A stretch of DNA of 32,000 nt from Halomicrobium mukohataei DSM 12286 (GTDB taxonomy: Archaea; Halobacteriota; Halobacteria; Halobacteriales; Haloarculaceae): NCBI RefSeq assembly GCF_000023965.1, contig NC_013202.1, positions 2,400,001 through 2,432,000 of the forward strand, read 5' to 3'. Below are positions 24,833-32,000 of the stretch, one piece after another. The notes below the pieces were generated by a model. That model searched no databases. It was not told the DNA's origin and worked only from the letters and a program-made list of their open reading frames with translations. Position numbers and translations under genes: made by a program. Position 1 is the stretch's first letter. Every line of letters starts with the position of its first letter.

Positions 24833-25689
24833 CGTCCGATCGCGTCGAGGTACGCGTCTTCGAGGGTCGGTTCCGCGGGCTCGGCTGCCGGCGTCGGCCG
24901 CGACGCCGAGACGACCCGGACCGCGACGCCGTCGCTGCGCCGGGCCGTCCCGCTGATCGTGTACTCGCGTTTGACCTCGGCGAGGTCGTCGTCGCCCACG
25001 GTCCACTCCCAGACCGAACCCTCGACCTCGTCGAGCAGCGCGGCGGGGGACTCGTGGGCCAGCACGCGTCCGTCGTGCAGGAGGACGATGTCGCTCGCGG
25101 TCACCTCCACGTCCGAGACGATGTGCGTCGAGAGCACCACGATTCGATCCTCGGCGAGCTCGGCGAGGACGTTCCGGAAGCGGACGCGCTCCGTCGGGTC
25201 GAGTCCGACGGTCGGTTCGTCGACGACCAGCAGCTCCGGGTCCGCGAGCAGCGCCTGGGCGATCCCCACGCGCTGGCGCATACCGCCCGAGAATCCGCCC
25301 AGGCGACGATCGGCCGCCGCTTCGAGGTTGACGAGCGCGAGGAGGTCGTCGATGCGCTCGCCGACGTTCGAGACGCCCCGTATCGCCGCCAGGTAGCGGA
25401 GGAACTCCCGAGCGGTCAGGCTCGGGTACACGCCGAACGACTGGGGGAGATAGCCGACCGAGTCCCTGATCGCGCGTGGCTCCTCGCGCACGTCCGTCCC
25501 GTTCCAGCGGACCCGCCCGTCGGTCGGCTGGAGCACGGTCGTGACGATCCGCATGAGCGTGGACTTGCCGGCACCGTTGGGGCCGAGCAGCCCGACGACG
25601 CCCGGTTCGAGCACGAGATCCACGTCTCGAAGCGCGTGTTCGTCGCCGTACCGTTTCCCGATCCCGTCGAGTTCGAGCTGCATCGTCAC
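24829..25689 (-). CDS. ABC transporter ATP-binding protein (ABC-2 / DrrA-like)
   Basis: 286 aa. Walker A is GPNGAGKST, the signature is FSGGMRQR and Walker B is LLVVDEPTVGLD. Confidence 0.9.
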   Translation of the reverse strand: MTMQLELDGIGKRYGDEHALRDVDLVLEPGVVGLLGPNGAGKSTLMRIVTTVLQPTDGRVRWNGTDVREEPRAIRDSVGYLPQSFGVYPSLTAREFLRYLAAIRGVSNVGERIDDLLALVNLEAAADRRLGGFSGGMRQRVGIAQALLADPELLVVDEPTVGLDPTERVRFRNVLAELAEDRIVVLSTHIVSDVEVTASDIVLLHDGRVLAHESPAALLDEVEGSVWEWTVGDDDLAEVKREYTISGTARRSDGVAVRVVSASRPTPAAEPAEPTLEDAYLDAIGR

Positions 25690-25808
25690 CGCCCCCGCCG
25701 CTCGATGCTGTGGACGGACAGTGGGGTCACCGTCGGCGGGGCGATACCGGTGCGGGAGGGCGGTCGGCCGGTGTCACGATCGAACTCGGGGCCAGTGTGG
25801 CGGACCAT
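25686..25808 (-). CDS. Possible leaderless 40-aa leader ORF translationally coupled to the ABC ATPase
   Basis: ATG 25808 lies about 27 nt downstream of TATAAAA (25832..25838, read on the minus strand). Its stop overlaps the ATPase ATG (ATGA). By my count about 33 of 39 codons end in G/C. The peptide is MVRHTGPEFDRDTGRPPSRTGIAPPTVTPLSVHSIERRGR. Confidence 0.3.
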   Translation of the reverse strand: MVRHTGPEFDRDTGRPPSRTGIAPPTVTPLSVHSIERRGR

Positions 25809-25928
25809 ATCCACTGGTGGATCGGATCGAGTATAAAAGCAGAACGAGAGCTTCAGAGTCGGAAGTCCGGTCGAAACCGTCGACCGTCGCTGTCTCACGA
25901 TACCCCCAATCCGGTCGAGTAGGAGGCG

Positions 25929-28625
25929 CTATCCGGTGTTTTTCATGCCGGCGGCGATGCCCTGAACGGTCAGGCGCAGCGTCCGGCGCTCGGTCTCCGT
26001 GAGGTGGCTCTGTGCGAGCAGGCGCACCTGCAGGAGGTTGAGCGGGTCGACGTAGGGGTTCCGGCGGTCGAGGTTCTGTTCGAGCCACTCGCGCTTGAGG
26101 AGGCTATCACGGCCAGTGATCTCCGTGACGATGTCGACGGTGTCCTCGTACTCCTGGCGGATGTCGGGGAAGATCCGTTCCCGGAGGTCGTCGTCGGCCA
26201 GCGCGGCGTACTCCTCGGCGATGTCGAAGTCGGTGCGTGCCAGCGCGAGGGACGCGTTGTCCAGTTTGGTCTGGAAGAACGGCCACTCCTCGTACATCTC
26301 CTGGAGGGTCTCCACGTCGCCGCCGTCGTCGAGATACGCCTGCAGCCCCGTCGCGATCGAGTACCAGCCGGGGATGATACAGCGGGCCTGGGTCCAGGAG
26401 AACACCCACGGGATCGCTCGCAGGTCCTCGACGCTGCGGTCGCCCGAGCGGGAGGCGGGACGAGAGCCCATGTTGAGGTTCTCGATCACAGAGATCGGCG
26501 TCGCCTGCTCGAAGAAGTCGACGAATCCCTCCGTCTGGAGGAGCGATTCGTACTTCTGGCGGGCCGCCTCGGAGGCGGTCTCCATGGCGTCCTCCCACGC
26601 TTCTGGGACCTCTTCGACGGGCTCTTCGAGGGCGTTGTACCGGGAGCGAACCTGCGCGTTGAGCATCTGTTCGAGGTTGCGCTCCGCGATGGCTTCGTTG
26701 GCGTACTTCTCGGCGATGGCTTCGCCCTGCTCGGTGAACTTGATCTGGCCCGTCACGGTCTCGTTGGGCAGGGCCAGCATCGCGTCGTTCATCGGGCCGC
26801 CGCCCCGGGAGATCGAGCCGCCCCGGCCGTGGAACAGTCGCATCTCCACGTCGAAGTCGTCGGTGATCGCCGCCAGTCGCTTCTGGTTGCGGTACAGCGA
26901 CCAGTTGGCGGCGAGGTAGCCGTTCTCCTTGTTGGAGTCTGAGTAGCCCAGCATGATCTCCTGGACGCCGTTGCGGGCCGCCAGTGCCTCCTCGTAGGCG
27001 TCGTTCTCGAACAGCGTGCCCATGATGCGTCGCGCGCCGTCGAGCGCGTACTTCGACTCCAGCAGGGGGACGATGTCGAGCCCGCAGTAGCCCGGCAGAT
27101 CGACGATACCGGCCTGGTCGCCCAGGAAGAGCACTTCCAGCACGTGACTGGCTTCCTCACACCAGCTGATCGCGTAGGTGTCGATGGCGTCGACGCCGAA
27201 CTCGCGCTGCCAGTCGGCCAGCTTGCGGAACCGTCGGATGACGCGGGCCGAGTCGTCAGAGAGGCCGTCGACGTCTTCCATGTCGACGATCTGGCCGTCC
27301 TGCAGGATGGCCTCGGTGAGGAACTCGACGCGCTCGTCTTCGTCCATGTCGGCGTAGTCGATGCCGTCGCGGTCGACGGTCTCCGCGATGGCGTCGGTGT
27401 GCATCTTGCGGTGGTCGCGCATGTCCAGTCCGGCCAGCGTGAAGCCGAACGTGTCGACCTTGCGGACCAGCGGGTCGACGTGGGCCTCGGCGATCACGTC
27501 GGCATCGTTGGCACGGAGGTCGTCGGCGATGGCCCGGAGGTCGGCCAGCAGGTCGCTCGAATCCGAGTAGCCCCCGGAGCGAACGTCGCCCACCCGGAGC
27601 ACGCCTTCCCGCATCAGCTTCAGCTTCTGGCGGTAGGGCTCGTCGGGATAGCGTTCCTCGGCCTCGCTGGCGACGCCCGGCAGCGCTTCCTTGTGGTCCG
27701 CGAGCCGCTCGTCGAAGGCGTCGGTCGTGTCGATGTTGCTGGCGTCCTGGCTCAACACGCCCGACAGCTCCTTGAGGCGGTCCCGGTACAGCGGGAGCAC
27801 GACGTCGCGCTGGCGTTCCAGGGTCTCCTCGGTGATCTCGGGCGTGACGAAGGGGTTGCCGTCACGGTCGGAGCCGGCCCACGAGCGGAACTCGTAGAGC
27901 TTGGGCACGTCGACGTCGCCGTCGTACTCCTCGTCGATTGCGTCTTCGAGTTCGTCGTAGACCTCGTCGATCACTTCGAAGAGGACGTTCTCGATGTACC
28001 ACTGGACGTTGAGCGCCTCGTCGGTCACTTCCGGGCGGCGGTCGCGGACCTGTGGCGTCTGCCAGAGGCTCGTGACCTCCGCGGCGAGGTCGTCCTCGAT
28101 GTCCTCCTGTTCGCTGTCCGTGAGCCGGACCTCGTCGAGCACTTCGAGGTCGCCGGCGACCGACCGGAGCTTGGCCTTGACCGTCTTGCGTCGCGCCTCG
28201 GTCGGGTGGGCGGTAAACGTCGGCTCGATGAGCACGTCGTCGAGGACTCGTTCGAGAGTCTCTGGGTCTGCTCCCCGCTCGGAGAGCTTCTCGACGGCGT
28301 CGGTGACGCTGTCTTCGAGCACGCCCTCCTGGCTCCCCTCGCGGATCTCGCGGACCCGCTGGCGCTCCTCTGCGAGGTTGATCAGTTCGAAGTAGGTGGT
28401 AAACGCACGGGCGACGATGTCCTGCATGTCCGGCGAGAGACGGTCGAGCGTCCGTTCCACGTCGTCGCGGTCGTCGGCGTCGCCGCGGCGGTAGTCGATC
28501 GACGACGTTCGGATGTTCTCGACGGTCTCGAACCCTTCGGTGGACGTCTGTGCTTCGATCACTTCCCCGAGGAGCTCCCCCAGCTCGCGCACGTCCTCGT
28601 TTATTTCCCTGGCGTGCAAATTCAT
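25929..28625 (-). CDS. ppc: Phosphoenolpyruvate carboxylase
   Basis: The start MNLHAREINEDVRELGELLG is at ATG 28625, with a TATA-like TTTTAG about 27 nt upstream. Canonical motifs are present: TAHPTE, GYSDSNKE, FHGRGGSISRGGGP, and the C-terminal GIAAGMKNTG. Confidence 0.93.
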   Translation of the reverse strand: MNLHAREINEDVRELGELLGEVIEAQTSTEGFETVENIRTSSIDYRRGDADDRDDVERTLDRLSPDMQDIVARAFTTYFELINLAEERQRVREIREGSQEGVLEDSVTDAVEKLSERGADPETLERVLDDVLIEPTFTAHPTEARRKTVKAKLRSVAGDLEVLDEVRLTDSEQEDIEDDLAAEVTSLWQTPQVRDRRPEVTDEALNVQWYIENVLFEVIDEVYDELEDAIDEEYDGDVDVPKLYEFRSWAGSDRDGNPFVTPEITEETLERQRDVVLPLYRDRLKELSGVLSQDASNIDTTDAFDERLADHKEALPGVASEAEERYPDEPYRQKLKLMREGVLRVGDVRSGGYSDSSDLLADLRAIADDLRANDADVIAEAHVDPLVRKVDTFGFTLAGLDMRDHRKMHTDAIAETVDRDGIDYADMDEDERVEFLTEAILQDGQIVDMEDVDGLSDDSARVIRRFRKLADWQREFGVDAIDTYAISWCEEASHVLEVLFLGDQAGIVDLPGYCGLDIVPLLESKYALDGARRIMGTLFENDAYEEALAARNGVQEIMLGYSDSNKENGYLAANWSLYRNQKRLAAITDDFDVEMRLFHGRGGSISRGGGPMNDAMLALPNETVTGQIKFTEQGEAIAEKYANEAIAERNLEQMLNAQVRSRYNALEEPVEEVPEAWEDAMETASEAARQKYESLLQTEGFVDFFEQATPISVIENLNMGSRPASRSGDRSVEDLRAIPWVFSWTQARCIIPGWYSIATGLQAYLDDGGDVETLQEMYEEWPFFQTKLDNASLALARTDFDIAEEYAALADDDLRERIFPDIRQEYEDTVDIVTEITGRDSLLKREWLEQNLDRRNPYVDPLNLLQVRLLAQSHLTETERRTLRLTVQGIAAGMKNTG

Positions 28626-28648
28626 ACCAGTGGAGACTCGGGGGAGTC

Positions 28649-28654
28649 CTAAAA
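28649..28654 (-). promoter_or_regulatory. TATA-like element for ppc
   Basis: The minus strand reads AGAGTTTTAGGACTCC. The spacing to ATG 28625 fits a leaderless mRNA. Confidence 0.35.
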
Positions 28655-28864
28655 CTCTAGCGAAAGTCAAAATGTCTGTCGTCCCACTGTAAGCATTCGT
28701 CCATTGTTTATGATTGCCTTGCCACGGAACGTCGCGGTTCGGTCCCAGATCGCCCGTTCGAGGGCGTTCCGTCGAACGGAACCGTCGCGGCGGCCGTCAG
28801 CGTGGAGAGACAGGGTTCACACGTGAACGTCAATGTTGATGGGATATCACGACCAAATGAAACT

Positions 28865-29668
28865 ATGCCAACTGCCACGCACGACGGTGTGACGCTCGCC
28901 TACGAACGCTCGGGACCCGCAGACGCCGAGACGGTCGCGTTCGTCGAGGGGCTGAGCTACGGCACCTGGATGTGGCGCTGGCAGCGCGAGGCGCTCTCGG
29001 CGTCCTACGAGACGCTGGTCTGGGACAACCGCGGGACGGGCGACTCCGACGAGCCGCCGGGGCCGTACACCACCGAGCAGATGGCGGGCGACTTCGAGGC
29101 CGTGCTCGACGACGCTGGCGTCGAGACGGCCCACGTCGTGGGTGCGAGCCTGGGCGGGATGATCGCCCAGCAGTACGCGCTCGACTACGATCGGGCCGAC
29201 TCGCTGACGCTGATCGCGACGACGCCGGGCGGCGAGGCGGCGGTCCCGATTCCGGCGGCCACTCGACAGCAGATGCTGAACGTCCCCGAGGAGTACGACG
29301 AGGCGGCGACGATCCGACACAAGATGCGTCCGGCCGTGACGGACGAGTTCTGGGAGGAACGGTCCGACGTGGTCGACCGCATCGTCGAGTGGCGACTGGA
29401 GACCGATCCCTCCGAGGCGGCCTACGAGTGGCAGAGCGCCGCCGCGGTCGGGTTCGACGAGAGCGACAGGCTCGGAGAGATCGACCTGCCGACGCTGATC
29501 GTCCACGGCACCGCCGACGAGGTGATCCCCTTCGAGAACGCGACCCTGCTCGACGAGGCGATTCCCGACAGTCGTCTGGTGGCCGTCGACGGCGGCTCGC
29601 ACCTCTGTTTCATCGAGCGGGCAGACACCGTCAACGAACACCTCCGGTCGTTCCTCGACGATGTCTGA
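28865..29668 (+). CDS. Alpha/beta-fold hydrolase
   Basis: The start is MPTATHDGVTLAYERSG, an internal ATG of track ORF 28802..29668. It has the nucleophile elbow GASLGGM and a C-terminal GSHLCF (His) motif. It overlaps the next gene by 8 nt. Confidence 0.8.
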   Translation: MPTATHDGVTLAYERSGPADAETVAFVEGLSYGTWMWRWQREALSASYETLVWDNRGTGDSDEPPGPYTTEQMAGDFEAVLDDAGVETAHVVGASLGGMIAQQYALDYDRADSLTLIATTPGGEAAVPIPAATRQQMLNVPEEYDEAATIRHKMRPAVTDEFWEERSDVVDRIVEWRLETDPSEAAYEWQSAAAVGFDESDRLGEIDLPTLIVHGTADEVIPFENATLLDEAIPDSRLVAVDGGSHLCFIERADTVNEHLRSFLDDV

Positions 29669-31223
29669 GCACGGTCCCCAGCGGTGGGTGGGTGACTGGA
29701 GCGCACGCAGGCGGGCGCTGTCGCCCGACCGGATCGGACTGGTCGACGCGACCAGCGGCGCGGAGTACACCTACAGACAACTCGACCGCCGCGCCAACGG
29801 CTGTGCCCGCTTGCTGGCCGATCACGGCGTGACCCGCGAGGGCGGGGCAGATCCGGACGCGGGCGGCCGCGTCGCCGTACTCTCACGAAACCGTCCCGAG
29901 TTCGTCGATCTGTTCTTCGCGACTGGCAAGACCGGCGGCGTGCTCGCGCCGCTCTCCCATCGCCTGGCACCGCCGGAACTCGGGACGCTGCTCGACGACG
30001 TTGCCCCGTCGCTACTCGTCGTCGAGGAGCCCTTCGCCGACGACGCGGCCGAGGCCCTCGCCGACGCCGACATCGACTGTCCGGTGCGCTCGCTGGCGAC
30101 GGCGGGCGAGACGACCTGGGACCGCCTCGACGAATCGCTGCCGACCGACCGATCCCCCTACGACGGACCGACGCTGGAGCCGGCAGACCCACACCTGTTC
30201 TTGCACACCGGCGGCTCGACGGGGACCCCCAAAGAGACCGTCGTCAGCCACGAGGCGATCGTCTGGAACGCGACCAACACCGTCACCGCCTGGGGGCTGC
30301 GACCGGACGACGTGACGCCGCTGACGTTCCCGATGTTCCACACCGGCGGGTGGAACGTGTTGACGGTCCCGGTCTTTCACATGGGCGGGACCGTCGTCCT
30401 CGCCCGAGAGTTCGATCCCGGTGAGGTGCTCGAACTGATCGAGGCGCGGTCGGCCACGCTCCTCGTCGCCGTCCCGGCGGTGTTGCGGATGATGGTCGAC
30501 CACGATCGATGGGCCGAAACCGACCTCTCGACGCTGCGACTCGCCAAGTCCGGCGGCGGCCCCTGCCGAGAGTCGGTGCTGTCGGCGTGGTGGGACCGCG
30601 GCGTCGACCTCTCACAGGGGTACGGGCTGACCGAGTGTGGCCCCAACAACTTCGCGATGCCCGACGACTGGCCCAGAGAGAAGGCCGACACAGTCGGCGT
30701 CCCGAACGTCCACGTCGACGTGCGGATCGTCGACGACACCGGTGTGGAGCTGCCCCGCGGTGAGGTCGGTGAGCTCCATCTCCGGTCGCCCCACGCGGCG
30801 ACGGAGTACTGGCACCGGCCGGAGGAAACCGCCGCGACGTTCCGTGACGACGGCTGGCTCGCGACCGGCGACCTCGCGCGAATCGACGACGACGGCTACG
30901 TCAGTATCGAGGGCCGCAAGAAGAACATGTACATCAGCGGCGGCGAGAACGTCTTCCCCGCGGAAGTCGAGGACGCCGTCTCCGCCCATCCGAAGGTCGA
31001 GGACGCCGTCGTCGTGCCCGTCGACGACGACCAGTGGGGCGAGGTCGGTCGCGCCGTCGTCGTCGGCGACGACTCGCTCACGCTCGACGAACTCGCGTCC
31101 TTTCTGGACGGCCGACTCGCGCGGTACAAGCGGCCGAGAGACCTCGTCTTCGTCTCTGCGCTTCCCCGCAGCGGTCCGGACAAGATCGACCGCGACGCGG
31201 TCGCTGACGAGTACGGTTGCTGA
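29661..31223 (+). CDS. Acyl-CoA synthetase / AMP-dependent ligase (ANL superfamily)
   Basis: 520 aa. The AMP-binding motif is LHTGGSTGTPKETVVSH. Also present are GYGLTE, TGDLARIDDDGY and the C-terminal lysine region SGPDKIDR. Confidence 0.85.
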   Translation: MSEHGPQRWVGDWSARRRALSPDRIGLVDATSGAEYTYRQLDRRANGCARLLADHGVTREGGADPDAGGRVAVLSRNRPEFVDLFFATGKTGGVLAPLSHRLAPPELGTLLDDVAPSLLVVEEPFADDAAEALADADIDCPVRSLATAGETTWDRLDESLPTDRSPYDGPTLEPADPHLFLHTGGSTGTPKETVVSHEAIVWNATNTVTAWGLRPDDVTPLTFPMFHTGGWNVLTVPVFHMGGTVVLAREFDPGEVLELIEARSATLLVAVPAVLRMMVDHDRWAETDLSTLRLAKSGGGPCRESVLSAWWDRGVDLSQGYGLTECGPNNFAMPDDWPREKADTVGVPNVHVDVRIVDDTGVELPRGEVGELHLRSPHAATEYWHRPEETAATFRDDGWLATGDLARIDDDGYVSIEGRKKNMYISGGENVFPAEVEDAVSAHPKVEDAVVVPVDDDQWGEVGRAVVVGDDSLTLDELASFLDGRLARYKRPRDLVFVSALPRSGPDKIDRDAVADEYGC

Positions 31224-31382
31224 TACCGTCGGCTCTCATACGGACGGTTGTAGGCGTTTACCCAGTCGACCGCACGACAGCGTGCGGTCGATCTGGTAAA
31301 GACCTACAACTTTCCGTATCAGTCTGTGATGAACGGGCCACCGCCGGACGGCGACCGTCGTGGGACGGTGGGGGTCGGCAGT
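31224..31382. mobile_element. Possible degenerate family-A element (A6) interrupted by B3
   Basis: After removing B3 and one TCA, about 77 bp remain: TACCGTCGGCTCTCAGTCTGT...GTCGGCAGTA. By hand alignment 18/23 positions at the left end and 10/11 at the right end match family A. The interior is diverged. The element begins right after the acs TGA stop. Confidence 0.3.
31239..31318. mobile_element. Family-B element, copy B3
   Basis: 4 differences from B1 over 80 bp. Perfect TCA / TCA flanks at 31236..31238 and 31319..31321 within C..G. Confidence 0.85.
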
Positions 31383-31485
31383 ACGGTCCGGCGACGGTAT
31401 CAACGCAGTAACACCTCCCTACTACCTTCGAGGGCGGAATTGTTTATCATGGTCTAGCGTGTGGAATAGGGCGGAAGGTCGTCGC

Positions 31486-32000
31486 ATGATCGAACTATCA
31501 ATGGACGTAGAGCAGTACGACTGTCCGTTTATCGATACGACGGCAGATCACGCTCTCTCCTTTTCGGCCGTCCACTGGGACTTCGATCGGCGAACGCGGG
31601 AGTTAGAGACGCGGATGGTCGTCGAGGGTGCCGACCGGGAGGAACTCTCCGTGGGCCTCGAAACGCTGCGCGACCACGGGAACATGAACGACTGCTCGCT
31701 CGTGGCGCGGCGCGACAACGTCGCCCAGATCAGGACGGTCATCGCCGAGACCGACGCGATGGCGACGATCAGGAGCAACGACGGCTACGTCACCGGCCCC
31801 TTCTACATCGAGGACGGGAGCGAGGTCTGGCACGTCGGATTCGACGCGAGTAGCGAGGCCGACAGCGCCCTCTCGGAGCTCGACCGGAACAACGAGTACG
31901 AGGTCGTCGAGCGCACCGACACCTCTCTCCCGGAGATGGGCGATCTGGTGCAAAACGCCGGTGCGGCGATGACGCTGATCGAGGGGTGTCAGGACCTCTC
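31486..32000 (+). CDS. Haloarchaeal Bat/HTH_10-type putative transcription regulator; N-terminal part, runs off the window
   Basis: Absent from the track because it is open-ended. My translation is MIELSMDVEQYDCPFIDTTADHALSFSAVHWDFDRRTRELETRMVVEG...GPFYIEDGSEVWHVGFDAS... The EQYDCPFIDTT N-terminus is characteristic of this haloarchaeal regulator family. Confidence 0.6.
   Translation, partial: MIELSMDVEQYDCPFIDTTADHALSFSAVHWDFDRRTRELETRMVVEGADREELSVGLETLRDHGNMNDCSLVARRDNVAQIRTVIAETDAMATIRSNDGYVTGPFYIEDGSEVWHVGFDASSEADSALSELDRNNEYEVVERTDTSLPEMGDLVQNAGAAMTLIEGCQDL

Noticed and set aside
28725-28828. Repeats in the ppc/hydrolase divergent spacer: ACGGAAC(C)GTCGCGG twice, the hairpin CCGTTCGA-N10-TCGAACGG, and the palindrome GTTCAC-AC-GTGAAC.
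   Set aside because: They are real in the sequence and could be operators. I have no regulator or comparative evidence to assign a function, so I did not list them as features.

Overview
High-GC segment, roughly two-thirds G+C by eye. I read it as a haloarchaeal (class Halobacteria) chromosome: acidic proteins, Htr-type transducers, an Orc1/Cdc6 paralog, and TATA boxes about 27 nt upstream of several ATGs, the spacing expected for leaderless mRNAs. Positions 1-5300 look accessory. They hold a small-Cys-ORF/arsR/ArsP-like permease operon with lower GC3, a tyrosine integrase with an ATGA-coupled ribbon-helix-helix gene, and an ORF-poor stretch. That stretch carries one orphan Nudix-like gene, a 24-bp tandem repeat and four copies of a 78-bp palindromic element. 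The rest is central-carbon and glycerol metabolism: an MCP/Htr lacking the conserved hairpin tip, kdgK, pyruvate kinase, ROK glucokinase, a divergent orc paralog, glpK-glpF, a soluble MCP fused to a UgpB-like binding domain, glpABC, usp, an ABC-2 exporter pair, ppc, a hydrolase plus acyl-CoA synthetase operon, and a partial HTH regulator. Two things stand out. (1) The leaderless, TM-less MCP::UgpB fusion sits between glpK and glpABC and is a candidate cytoplasmic glycerol-3-phosphate taxis sensor. (2) Two related families of about 80-bp hairpin MITE-like elements occur 8-9 times. They show 3-bp TGA/TCA target duplications at CTSAG sites, so they sit exactly on TGA stop codons. One copy is inserted in frame (78+3=81 bp) in the ABC-2 permease gene. 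No rRNA, tRNA, CRISPR array or transposase gene was found. All calls rest on hand translation and motif recognition; no database search was possible.
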